The notes beneath the pieces were generated by a model. It saw only the letters and a program-made list of their open reading frames with translations. It did not search any database and was not told where the DNA came from. 64,000 nt of DNA from an uncultured Gammaproteobacteria bacterium (GTDB lineage: Bacteria; Patescibacteriota; Microgenomatia; UBA8517): NCBI GenBank assembly GCA_964600575.1, contig CAZRJH010000003.1:17640-81639 (forward strand), in the 5' to 3' direction. This document shows, one piece after another, positions 10,078-19,754 of this stretch (position 1 is the stretch's first letter; each line of letters starts with the position of its first letter). The position numbers and the translations under genes were made by a program.

Positions 10078-11546
10078 AATTTAGATTTAATAAAGAAAGT
10101 ATTTTTATTTTAGCGGTAGTTGTGTTTGCCTTTTTATTACGGGTTTATGGCATAGATAAAGACCTGCTTTATCACAGAGACCAGGGTTTGGTTGCCATGG
10201 ATATTTATAAAATTTGGCACGACAAAAAAATATCTCTGATAGGTGCCCCCACGGATGTTGACGGCTTGTATCATTCACCAGTTTATTATTGGATTTTGAC
10301 ACCACTTTATTGGCTGGGTAGGGGAGATGTTGTTTATCCCGCAATATTTCAAATTTTGCTGGAAATGCTATCATTGCCGCTTTTGTATTTTGGAGTAAAA
10401 AAACTGTTTGATAAAAAAACTGCTATTTTTACTTTAATTTTATATTCGGTTTCATACGGACTAATTTCTTATAGCAGGTGGTTTATAACGGTTCCTTTTA
10501 TACTCCCGCTGGCCAATATTCTTATATATTTTCTGTCAAAAGGGAAAAATATTTTTCGAGAATCGCTTTTGGTGGGAATGATATCTCAAACAAACGCTGC
10601 CGCAGGTGTCTTCTATATACCTTTTATCTTGTTTAGGTACAGAAAAGAAATAAATTTAGTCAATCTAATCAAATCGGCTACTGCATTCATAATACCCGCA
10701 ATTCCACTTGTTGTTTTTCAGTTCCGTCACGATTTTGTTATTTTCAAAACGGTCGCCGCCTATTCGTCGGGATCTGCTGGACTAGGGTTTAGCCTTTCGG
10801 TTTACGCAAAAAATCTGGTAATCTTTTTGCAGGAAATTAATCACATCATTTATTACCCGTTTGCGGCGCTTACTACATTCTTATTCATATACGGCCTATC
10901 TAAAATAAAACAGCATAAAGAACTAATATTTTCTTACATTTTTATACCGTTTGTTTTTCTGGGACTTTATCAAAGGGGGGCTATTAGTTTTTTCTTTATG
11001 GCGGCACTGCCCATGCTTTTATCGGTTGTTGTATTTGGAATAACGAAGTTTCCGTTATTATTGAGAAATTTATTTTTGATAACTGTTATTGTGTCAAATC
11101 TGTTACTTTTAAAAAATGTTTACGAGCCAAATAATGCACTCATTCCCATAGGTGACAGAAATGTGATAACCATTTCTGACAGAAAGAAAATTATTGATTG
11201 GATGTATAAAAAAGCCGAAGGAAAAGATTTCTCTTTGTGGATTTATACAATTCCTTATTTTCAGGACTACCCATGGGACTATCTATTTACAACTTACGCT
11301 CTACCTAAGTACGGATATCTTCCCGAAAAAACTGGATCGTTTTCCAAAAACGACCTAAACAAATCCGTTTACTTTTTTAATGTCTATGAAGTTGATCATG
11401 ACAACTCGTCGAGGCAGGATTCCTGGTTTTTTGATATTCAAAACAATTTCGGTAAAACAAAGGAATATGTCGGGTATCATGACGTTCACATAGAACTTAG
11501 ATCTTGGAGCGCGACTGTCGACTCTTCGAAAAAGAAAACCTTTTAA
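10074..11546 (+). CDS. GT-C membrane glycosyltransferase (ArnT/PMT-like, GT39/83)
   Basis: Multi-TM; RDQG acidic motif after TM1, LIGAPT...HSPVYYW; similar to 49178 and 51668. Confidence 0.8.
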   Translation: MKFRFNKESIFILAVVVFAFLLRVYGIDKDLLYHRDQGLVAMDIYKIWHDKKISLIGAPTDVDGLYHSPVYYWILTPLYWLGRGDVVYPAIFQILLEMLSLPLLYFGVKKLFDKKTAIFTLILYSVSYGLISYSRWFITVPFILPLANILIYFLSKGKNIFRESLLVGMISQTNAAAGVFYIPFILFRYRKEINLVNLIKSATAFIIPAIPLVVFQFRHDFVIFKTVAAYSSGSAGLGFSLSVYAKNLVIFLQEINHIIYYPFAALTTFLFIYGLSKIKQHKELIFSYIFIPFVFLGLYQRGAISFFFMAALPMLLSVVVFGITKFPLLLRNLFLITVIVSNLLLLKNVYEPNNALIPIGDRNVITISDRKKIIDWMYKKAEGKDFSLWIYTIPYFQDYPWDYLFTTYALPKYGYLPEKTGSFSKNDLNKSVYFFNVYEVDHDNSSRQDSWFFDIQNNFGKTKEYVGYHDVHIELRSWSATVDSSKKKTF

Positions 11547-11586
11547 GTTTATTCTCTGCGGTTAGAAATCTCTGCTAAGATTACAT

Positions 11587-12558
11587 GTGGCAGAAAAATC
11601 GGGTGAATCGTCACTTCAACTATCTTTGGAAAGAAATAAGAGCCTTGGCGATAGACTTATGTTTGTAACATTGGAAAAACAGGGTGGGGGAGAACACTGG
11701 TTGCAATGGCGCGACCCAAATCTTGCCCAACAAATAGCCGACGAGACTTATGGACCCCAATACGAAAATGACAAAAAACAAATAGACGCCTCAAAAGATA
11801 TCAAAGGGCGACCTGTCACTTACTGGAGGAGTATGAGCATAGAAGCATTTTTAAAAATTCTTAAAAACGGCGAAATTACTTCTATGGATTACCATCGCGA
11901 TGTGTTGGACGACGAGGACAAAAAACAACTACAAGTCTATCTCGCAGACTACGACCGCTATTTAAAGTACGAATCGGGTATAAAATACTACGGCAAAGAC
12001 TTTGACCAAAAGCGAGCAATGTCAGCATTGGATTTGGCAAGGTATTTATTCCCAAAAAAAGATCCGGATGAATTAGAGAAGCTTTTTTTAAAGGATGCAG
12101 ACGTTACGTGGACATCCTTAATGCGCTTTTTAGACGAAAATTTGGAAGAGGGTTATATAAAAGGCAGACACGCAGGCGGGGTTATGAAAAGATTTTCACC
12201 TTTCTTGTCGCTTAGTATCGCAACACCCAGAGAGTCAGTAATTGATTCAACGGAGGTTATTGTAGAGTTTGTAGTTCCAGACTCGACTTTCATTTTTAAT
12301 GATAGGAATGGCGCCGTTGGTGAGAGGGAATTTCTTGCTAAAAAATTAAAATCAAACTGGATTGCCAGAGTTTACATTGATACAAATGTTTTTTATAAAG
12401 ATTTTGTAAATAATCCCGATACACCAATGGGTCAATATAAAAATGACTCTGAAAACAAAGAAGCAATCAGAAGTCGCGGAAGTGTTGTAGAATCTTTTAG
12501 ATGGGATGTGCCCATATCCGAAACACTGCCTGCTTCTGGGGGTGTAAGCATAACTTAG
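11587..12558 (+). CDS. Putative ADP-ribosyltransferase-fold protein (R-S-E type)
   Basis: TYWRSMS, SPFLSLS, GEREFL in the canonical order. Confidence 0.5.
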   Translation: MAEKSGESSLQLSLERNKSLGDRLMFVTLEKQGGGEHWLQWRDPNLAQQIADETYGPQYENDKKQIDASKDIKGRPVTYWRSMSIEAFLKILKNGEITSMDYHRDVLDDEDKKQLQVYLADYDRYLKYESGIKYYGKDFDQKRAMSALDLARYLFPKKDPDELEKLFLKDADVTWTSLMRFLDENLEEGYIKGRHAGGVMKRFSPFLSLSIATPRESVIDSTEVIVEFVVPDSTFIFNDRNGAVGEREFLAKKLKSNWIARVYIDTNVFYKDFVNNPDTPMGQYKNDSENKEAIRSRGSVVESFRWDVPISETLPASGGVSIT

Positions 12559-13391
12559 ATAAGCGTAAGTACTATGCCAACTACAACTATGACTACACCG
12601 ATAATTTTTTGAGTAATCTTTTCCTTTTCTTTCAATATAAATATTCCATAAAATACGGAAAATATTGTCATCGCCTGATACAACCCCACAACTTTACTGG
12701 CGTCGGCCACCGCCAGCGCCTTAACTAAAAGAAAAGAAGAAATTATATTAAATGCACCTGCGGCAATCATTTGGGGAAACTTTTTTACAGCGACCATGGT
12801 TATCTGTTTGGCCGGTTTTTGCATCAAAAACGGCAGGACTATCAAAGGTAGAATTCCTTGCGACATAACTATAAATTCACTGGAGGCAAGACCGCTAACA
12901 TTTTTTAGGACGGTGCTCAAAAGTGCACTGGAAAAAGAAAACAAAAATGCGGTTTTGATTCCCTTGTCTCTTTTAATTTCTTTAGGCGAAGAAACAACTG
13001 CAATACCTGCAAATATGGCAACTATCCCCGCGTATTCGGAAACATTCAACCTTTCTCCTATTAAAAGATATGCAAGAATAGGAGACCATACAACTCGAAG
13101 GCGAGAAATTATGGAGGATATGGAAAGTTCCGTTAATGCATGCATTTTCATAAATACATAAACGGAAAACAGTTCGGTAAGTCCTACAAGTGCAAACATT
13201 CCAAGGGAATGTAAATTCAGGTTCGGGAATCCTTTGAACAAAACTATAAATAGAAAAAATCCTGACCTGATAAATTCAAACCACCAGGCATAAGCCGTAT
13301 AATCCCCCTTATCTTTAAGTGCGGTTCTGTTGGTGATATTAAAGCCGTTAGAGGCCAAGCCGGCAACGGCTGCGAGAATAAACCAATTCAT
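12555..13391 (-). CDS. EamA/DMT-family transporter
   Basis: Ten-TM two-repeat pattern; LAYLLIGERL and GIFILKEKE repeat ends; start set at MNWFIL. Confidence 0.85.
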   Translation of the reverse strand: MNWFILAAVAGLASNGFNITNRTALKDKGDYTAYAWWFEFIRSGFFLFIVLFKGFPNLNLHSLGMFALVGLTELFSVYVFMKMHALTELSISSIISRLRVVWSPILAYLLIGERLNVSEYAGIVAIFAGIAVVSSPKEIKRDKGIKTAFLFSFSSALLSTVLKNVSGLASSEFIVMSQGILPLIVLPFLMQKPAKQITMVAVKKFPQMIAAGAFNIISSFLLVKALAVADASKVVGLYQAMTIFSVFYGIFILKEKEKITQKIIGVVIVVVGIVLTLI

Positions 13392-13440
13392 AGTAATATA
13401 ATATGCGCTCTCCGCCACAAACGGAATAACTTTTTTCGCT

Positions 13441-14616
13441 ATGAAAAAAATACTGGTAGTCTCATCTCCTTTTGGCGGTCATCTTACAATTCTTAAGGAG
13501 TTTATCGGTCGGTTCAAAGATTCATACAATATAGAGCTTCTCATTACGGGCTGGGATAACATTGAACCCGATTTGTCGGGAGTCACTGTGCCGATAAAAA
13601 TCCTGTCGGCGGGGATATTAAGGGAAACCGATCCGGGACTTTGGACGTTTCCTAGGGTAGAAATTCTTATCGAACAAGTTCTCGCTTATACAAAAAACTA
13701 CAATCCCGACTTAATTTTTTACGATTTTTTTAGTTTAGAAGCATATTTTGTAAGCCGTTTGTTGCATATTCCCGCGTGGTCATCGATTCCTTCGATGGTT
13801 GGTCCGTCTGATAAAAATTATCTGCAAGAAAAAATGAACAATTCGGAGAATGTAAAATCTTTAGAAAATTTGGAAAATAAATATGGTGACATTTTTGTAA
13901 ATTTCAAAACGGAAACCGTTTCCGATGGGATACACATACCGGCTCAAAAAAATATAGTTTGGTCGTATAAATCCGTTGTCTCACCAAATTGGCATCAAGG
14001 TAGAGATAAATCTATGTACATTTTTGTCGGAAACATTAGAGGTAAAAATATTAAAAAAGAAAAGACTATCAAAACAATATATTTTTCACTGGGCACTGTT
14101 GTTATGAATAATATTTGGAACCAACAAGCGGAAACAAGAGATAAATTAAAAGAGTTTATTACCGAACTGTCTAAAGTTTGGGATAGGAACGATTTGAAGA
14201 TAATTTTTTCAGGTCAAGGTAAAGAGATTTTTGATACCGATCCTTCTAATTGGGAGGTGGAAATTAATCCCGACCAAATCGAATGTTTATCAAGATCGCA
14301 TGTCTTTGTAACTCACGGAGGCAGTAATAGCTTCCACGAAGCATTGATACAAAATGTTCCTATGATTGTATTACCTTTTTTTGGTGACCAACCGTTAACA
14401 GGGGAAAGAGTGGAATTTTTAGGTTTGGGTTTTAATATATTTAAAGATCAGACAGTTGATACTCATAAAGAAAAAGTTCTTATAGATAGAGAAACGGCTT
14501 ACAAAGTTGCTCAAAAAGCCGATTATATATTTAGTAATTACGATTTATTCTTATCAAACTTTGCTAAACTGGATTTAAGTCACGAGAGTCTTATCAACCT
14601 GCTAAAAACTATATGA
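13441..14616 (+). CDS. UDP-glycosyltransferase, GT1 family (MGT/UGT-like)
   Basis: N-terminal PFGGH, YFSLGT, FVTHGGSNSFHEAL...PFFGDQP (UGT signature). Confidence 0.88.
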   Translation: MKKILVVSSPFGGHLTILKEFIGRFKDSYNIELLITGWDNIEPDLSGVTVPIKILSAGILRETDPGLWTFPRVEILIEQVLAYTKNYNPDLIFYDFFSLEAYFVSRLLHIPAWSSIPSMVGPSDKNYLQEKMNNSENVKSLENLENKYGDIFVNFKTETVSDGIHIPAQKNIVWSYKSVVSPNWHQGRDKSMYIFVGNIRGKNIKKEKTIKTIYFSLGTVVMNNIWNQQAETRDKLKEFITELSKVWDRNDLKIIFSGQGKEIFDTDPSNWEVEINPDQIECLSRSHVFVTHGGSNSFHEALIQNVPMIVLPFFGDQPLTGERVEFLGLGFNIFKDQTVDTHKEKVLIDRETAYKVAQKADYIFSNYDLFLSNFAKLDLSHESLINLLKTI

Positions 14617-15557
14617 CGGCGGATATCAAACGGTCGGAAAGGGAGCCTTTTTTAGGAGTTACCGAGTGGGGTTTGGCAAACGGCATTAATCTAAAAATTA
14701 AAACCGATTTTCCGCTTAGTGTATCTCAAAAAAATATTCTGATGGCGGAGTCATACCTGCCGGGCTTTCGCGGCGAACCGTCCAAAAAACCCGAAGGGGA
14801 AGTTGTAATGGATTTGCGTCAAGCGCAAAACACTGTTATTTTCCAGGAACCTCACAAATTAACTTGGAGGGGTATGTGGAACGAAAGTTTAAATCTCGAT
14901 TTTTTCCACGCGGCTTATGCAATGGAAAGACTTTCACTTATCGATGTAAAACTTTTCCCGACCCATGCTGCTTGTGTCGGAACAATAGACGGGGGTTATA
15001 TGCTTTTGGCCGCGTATCCCAGTAACGGTAAAACTTCGACGCTTTTAAATTTAGTCGGGGAGTACGGCCAGAAAGTTTTTTCGGGAGATAAAACAGTAAT
15101 CTCCTTTTCGGGCAATTCCCTAACTGCGGAGGCAGGGACCAAAGCCGTAACTGCAAGACCTATCGTCTTCGAGCGATATGCCCCCAAAATTTCTAAAACG
15201 GGATACCTGGACAGAAATGCGACTTTTTTGCCGCCGGATTTTTACGAAACAAGCGATAAAGTTAATATCTCAAGAATTGCAATTATTAGAGAGGACCCCG
15301 CCGTTAGTGAATCGGAATATTTACCTGAAGTTAGCGCCGCACATAAACTTTTTCCTTTTTTTATGGATGTTACTAATGCGGATAAACTTATATACGGTGC
15401 AAACGGGGCAATGACGGGGTTTGTAAACGGAACGGTTCCCGAAGAGTCCAGAATGTATCTCGGTAGAAAACTAATAAGAGTTACCGAAAACATCAAAACA
15501 CAAATGGTTACGGGTTCTATAGAATTCATAACGGAAAAACTAATGAATCAAAAATGA
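14613..15557 (+). CDS. HprK-related P-loop kinase
   Basis: HAACV...LLAAYPSNGKTS...FSGDKTVI resembles the HPr-kinase His, Walker A and acidic motifs; ATGA overlap with GT1. Confidence 0.65.
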   Translation: MTADIKRSEREPFLGVTEWGLANGINLKIKTDFPLSVSQKNILMAESYLPGFRGEPSKKPEGEVVMDLRQAQNTVIFQEPHKLTWRGMWNESLNLDFFHAAYAMERLSLIDVKLFPTHAACVGTIDGGYMLLAAYPSNGKTSTLLNLVGEYGQKVFSGDKTVISFSGNSLTAEAGTKAVTARPIVFERYAPKISKTGYLDRNATFLPPDFYETSDKVNISRIAIIREDPAVSESEYLPEVSAAHKLFPFFMDVTNADKLIYGANGAMTGFVNGTVPEESRMYLGRKLIRVTENIKTQMVTGSIEFITEKLMNQK

Positions 15558-16672
15558 AGAAAATATTATTCGGCATAACGGGAATCGGTTTTGGACACAC
15601 TTATAGACAGATGCCTTTGGTAGAACACTTTTTAGAAAAAGGCGATAAGGTAGCGATTTTTGCTTACGACGAAAGTCTTGTTATCTTTCAAAAGCAATTT
15701 GCAGACGTAAAAAATATTAAAGTTGTCGAGGTGGCAGTTCCCTTTTTTGCAGGCGGGCCTACGGGTCTGGATTTTCGGACGGCCTCAACAATGGCTTACA
15801 ACACAAAAGACTTTTATGTCACAAATTTCAAAGCGTGGGCCGAAGCCAAGGAATTTGTAGGAAAACCGGACTTGGTTATTAGCGATTACGACCCGGTTAG
15901 CGCCCAGTATGCATATTCACAAAATTCTCCGCTTGTTACATACGACCAGCAAAGCAAATATTTGGTTGGAGATTTTCCCGAGAACATTTCCGGTACGGGT
16001 TTTGCCGATGAGGTTGAGAGACTTCATATGTTTTTCCCTAAGGTTTCGGCAAGAATTGCCTCGTCATTTTTTAATTTTGAGAAAATTAATAATGGGGATG
16101 AGGTATCAATATTTCCTCCGACGATAAACAAAACTTTGTTAAATTCGACAATGGGTGCAAATAAAACCAAAGAAAATAAGGTACTGGTACATATATCGAA
16201 AGCAAAATCTTTCAATCAACCTTTATCAGAAATCTTTGATGTTTTTAACTCTGCCGCCGATTTTAAATTTTACGTTTTTACCGAACCTTCCCAAGTCAAA
16301 GAATATTCCAATAAATTCAAAAATATAAATTTTTTTGAACACGATACCGATACTTTTCATAAACTTCTACCTGAATGTTCTGCTGTTGTTTCCAGTGCGG
16401 GACATTCGCTTATTTCCGAAGCGTTGTACCTAAACACACCTCTAATGCTTGTTCCAATATCAACATATGAGCAATACATGAATGCCAAAAAGGTGGAAGA
16501 GGGCGGTTTCGGGGTTTCGGTCGAAAAAATAACCTCTGAAAACCTTAAATCTTTTTTAAGAAATTTAGGTAAGTATGTATTAAATATTCAAAATGACACA
16601 AAAATAATTCTTAAAGGCGTAGGACAGGAGAAAATAATTGAATTTTTGAACAGAAAGTTTTTAAATCGATAA
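15554..16672 (+). CDS. GT-B glycosyltransferase (MJ1255/GT28-like)
   Basis: GITGIGFGH, PDLVISDYDP, SSAGHSLISEALYL, YEQYMNA. Confidence 0.85.
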   Translation: MKKILFGITGIGFGHTYRQMPLVEHFLEKGDKVAIFAYDESLVIFQKQFADVKNIKVVEVAVPFFAGGPTGLDFRTASTMAYNTKDFYVTNFKAWAEAKEFVGKPDLVISDYDPVSAQYAYSQNSPLVTYDQQSKYLVGDFPENISGTGFADEVERLHMFFPKVSARIASSFFNFEKINNGDEVSIFPPTINKTLLNSTMGANKTKENKVLVHISKAKSFNQPLSEIFDVFNSAADFKFYVFTEPSQVKEYSNKFKNINFFEHDTDTFHKLLPECSAVVSSAGHSLISEALYLNTPLMLVPISTYEQYMNAKKVEEGGFGVSVEKITSENLKSFLRNLGKYVLNIQNDTKIILKGVGQEKIIEFLNRKFLNR

Positions 16673-16675
16673 AAT

Positions 16676-17470
16676 ATGGCTGATAGATTAAACGGAGAAG
16701 TTCCAAAAAGGTTAAAAATAGAAGAGATAACTTCTCATCGAGAAGTCTATCAAATCTATAAGGATTTAATAGAAAATCCGGGCCGAGGCAGGCAGGAGAC
16801 GGATAAACCCACCTACTACAAACCACCGCAATCATATCGTTACGAAAACGGGAGAGAAGATTTCCCAATAGACCATGCATTTAGGCGGAAGACTTCATTT
16901 ACAGAAAAGCAGGAGATATATAACGATCTCTTGCGTGTAACCCTCCGCAACGAAATTGCAGATCCCGACAGCGGTCTTGTCGGCGGATTCAAAAAACGGT
17001 GGGATAAAGACCCCAACCCAGCAAAATTTGAAAATCATTTGGTAGAAGCTTACATGGAAAGTCTCAAAAAAGCTTTTGATAAAAACCCTAACTTAACTCC
17101 CGCGTTTTATGCATTTCTGATTTCCTCGGGTGCCGGGTCCGAAGGTTTGATGATTGCACTAAGAGAGGGTGTTTTTCCAAGATTAACAGGCAGAAAAGAT
17201 CGGGATCAATATATGGCCTTTGTTGGTATGCATTTAACAGAAAAGGAAAAACCTCAAAAATTGGAATACGAAGTGCAGTGTGCCGCTCCCGCACTTACTC
17301 TGAAAATAATAAAGGAAGTTGAGACATGTCTACAGCATACAGGCAGAACCATGCGGGATTTGGAAATGGGAACTTTCGACGGACCATGGATGAACATATC
17401 TTCCGGTGTCAAAAAAATTTTAAAAGAAAAAATGAAAGATTTGGGTTATACAAACCTCAAAGAATCTTAA
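16676..17470 (+). CDS. Hypothetical protein, paralogue of 8673-9446
   Basis: Shared motifs incl. YEVQCAAP; starts 3 nt after the upstream stop. Confidence 0.75.
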   Translation: MADRLNGEVPKRLKIEEITSHREVYQIYKDLIENPGRGRQETDKPTYYKPPQSYRYENGREDFPIDHAFRRKTSFTEKQEIYNDLLRVTLRNEIADPDSGLVGGFKKRWDKDPNPAKFENHLVEAYMESLKKAFDKNPNLTPAFYAFLISSGAGSEGLMIALREGVFPRLTGRKDRDQYMAFVGMHLTEKEKPQKLEYEVQCAAPALTLKIIKEVETCLQHTGRTMRDLEMGTFDGPWMNISSGVKKILKEKMKDLGYTNLKES

Positions 17471-17494
17471 ATAGTTAGACTATAAGTTATTTTA

Positions 17495-18169
17495 ATGTTA
17501 AAATCCGCCGTTATGACGGAAATTTTAAGATTAGCCCCTGACGTAATTGTTTTTGACCGAAAAATCGAAAAAAGTTTTACTTCGGTTGATTTTAAACTCA
17601 AAGTTGTTGACTGGCAGGAAGTCGACTTGATGGTTAGGCACGGATCACTTTTGATTAACGACGAAGAAGCCAGAAGTGTTATTGCCGAAACTGACTTCAT
17701 TTCCAAAGAAAACATACTTAAGGAAAGGTCCTCAAGACCTCCCGACGACGACAGAGTTTTTGCACGGAGACAATGGCAATACAGGCGATATTTATCTCAA
17801 AAGATTGGAGAAAAAGACCCGTTGGATTACTCGGCTCTGCAATGGATGACTAAAGATTTGGCGCAGTCGGAAGAGCGACATGTTTTTGAAAACGGAATGC
17901 GGTTGGAAATTCCAGAAATTGATTTTATTCCGGGTGCCGTTTTAGAAGTTCATCAAGTGAGCGGTGACACCTTTTACTATAAGTTTCCAAATATTGTGTC
18001 GGAAAATAACATCCGCCTTATGGTTCAAGTTCCTTCGGATAAGATCCAAAGTGGAAAATATAAAGTAATGACGCCTTCTGATATTAGAAACGCATTTGAA
18101 TTGTATGGTGCCGTAAACGGTCTAACCTATTCCTGGGTTCTGGCGGACAGCATTATAAAAATGCAATGA
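17495..18169 (+). CDS. Hypothetical protein
   Basis: 224-aa ORF with host-like composition; no motif recognised. Confidence 0.6.
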   Translation: MLKSAVMTEILRLAPDVIVFDRKIEKSFTSVDFKLKVVDWQEVDLMVRHGSLLINDEEARSVIAETDFISKENILKERSSRPPDDDRVFARRQWQYRRYLSQKIGEKDPLDYSALQWMTKDLAQSEERHVFENGMRLEIPEIDFIPGAVLEVHQVSGDTFYYKFPNIVSENNIRLMVQVPSDKIQSGKYKVMTPSDIRNAFELYGAVNGLTYSWVLADSIIKMQ

Positions 18170-18214
18170 CATCCTCCTCACACGAAAGTGCGAGATTCAC
18201 ACAATGAGGATGAC
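18168..18214. repeat. Small palindromic element (REP-like/structured)
   Basis: CATCCTC...GAGGATG outer stem with inner CTC-A-CAC-GAAA-GTG-C-GAG hairpin. Confidence 0.35.
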
Positions 18215-18282
18215 GCACCAATTGTTCAATTTGTACTCGCATTTATAAGCGAGTTTTTTTAAACAATTGGTATAATGTTTGT

Positions 18283-19746
18283 ATGGAAAAAGCTGGCCGC
18301 GGTCTCATCTTCGATAAAGCCGTAAAAATTGACGATATCCTTTATCAAACCGCTGTTGATAAGTCTTCGATGATTGTCGCAATTCCGGATGGTTCAAAAC
18401 GACTTGATGTGTTCGAAGGTCCATATAGAGTTGGTATAGAAACTGCCGCAGAATTTAAAAAAGGAGCAAATATAGTTGTAATAGAAAGACCCGATCCCGA
18501 ATCTTGGGCACAAAAAAATTGCGAGAATTTAGAAGCTATTATTTTTGACGAGATGGAAGGCAAACCAAGGTATAGGGTTAATTCAGATATCTTAACGGCG
18601 GGCGGGCATAGCAGCGCCCCGGTTTATAAAAGATCCACCATTTCTTTTGCTCAACAATTTCAGTTTTCTAGAGAAAACGCTCCTCCGGGTGGTTATCTTG
18701 GAATGAACGATTTTAATATTTTTGTCTCAAAAGAAAATATTTCTCTTGAGACATTTTTTAAAGAACATCTGCCTATGTATACGGATACCGATCGCCATCT
18801 TGTTTTTGTAGTTCCTCCGGGCGGCATCGAAACAATTAAGGGGGCGATGTCCAAAACTGGTTTAGACAAAAAGCTAAAGGCGTCATACGACGTAGGTGTC
18901 CGAAGACAAAAGCTTGATTCCAATGTAAATGTTGCGGCTTTAGCCAAGAAAACCCTTGCTTCGGTTTCCGAGTTGGAGGCTAGTGCAAAAACACAAATTG
19001 ATTCAAAAAGATTGGCCGAAAAAGAACGAGAGCTTTTTGAGGTTCCAAAACCCGATAAACGAAAAACTGATTTGGGTTGGAAAGAAAACGCGGCTATAGA
19101 AAAAACTAGAATTGTCAGGGCTGTTGCTACAGAAATTAAACGAGGCATGGGCTCCAAGTACGCACTGGAAAAAGCAGCTGTTGTTTATGCTGCGGGAGAT
19201 CGAATGCGCAAGTGTCCTTTTGTGCCTTCGGGAGTCGGAGTGGCTATGGAAAGTTATATACCCGACGACTTTTTAGGTACACCCGAAATAAAAGTTAAAA
19301 ATGCAGCCATGGACGTTCTTCAGGAGATCTGGAATGATGCACCTGATGTGGTTAGGAATTATATTCAAGCAATGAGCGATATGAGCGGTCTGCCATTTTT
19401 GCGTCACCATGCAGAGTTTATGTGGAAAGAAATCAGAGAGGCTCGTGCAGATATGCAGGAATACGAAAAATATCTTAGGAAAAAGGGCGAAGACTTACCC
19501 CAAAAATATGACCCCGAGTTTATAGCAGAGATGGTTTTTTATGCATTCCCCGAAATTAATTCCAATGAGGGATTTTCCTTTTCCCGTTCACGCAGGGAGC
19601 TTAGACTTGATGTAGGAGAAGACGGTTTAATACCCGATAACGAAAAGTTCGACTTGGTGATATTGGAAAAAGCTGTAAAACTTTATCCCAAAGATCAAAA
19701 ATTAAAAACCTCGCTTGATGATTTACGGAGACATGTAAAAAGGTAA
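18283..19746 (+). CDS. Hypothetical protein
   Basis: 487-aa ORF; extended -10 TGGTATAAT 6 nt before ATG. Confidence 0.7.
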   Translation: MEKAGRGLIFDKAVKIDDILYQTAVDKSSMIVAIPDGSKRLDVFEGPYRVGIETAAEFKKGANIVVIERPDPESWAQKNCENLEAIIFDEMEGKPRYRVNSDILTAGGHSSAPVYKRSTISFAQQFQFSRENAPPGGYLGMNDFNIFVSKENISLETFFKEHLPMYTDTDRHLVFVVPPGGIETIKGAMSKTGLDKKLKASYDVGVRRQKLDSNVNVAALAKKTLASVSELEASAKTQIDSKRLAEKERELFEVPKPDKRKTDLGWKENAAIEKTRIVRAVATEIKRGMGSKYALEKAAVVYAAGDRMRKCPFVPSGVGVAMESYIPDDFLGTPEIKVKNAAMDVLQEIWNDAPDVVRNYIQAMSDMSGLPFLRHHAEFMWKEIREARADMQEYEKYLRKKGEDLPQKYDPEFIAEMVFYAFPEINSNEGFSFSRSRRELRLDVGEDGLIPDNEKFDLVILEKAVKLYPKDQKLKTSLDDLRRHVKR

Positions 19747-19754
19747 ACTAAGCA

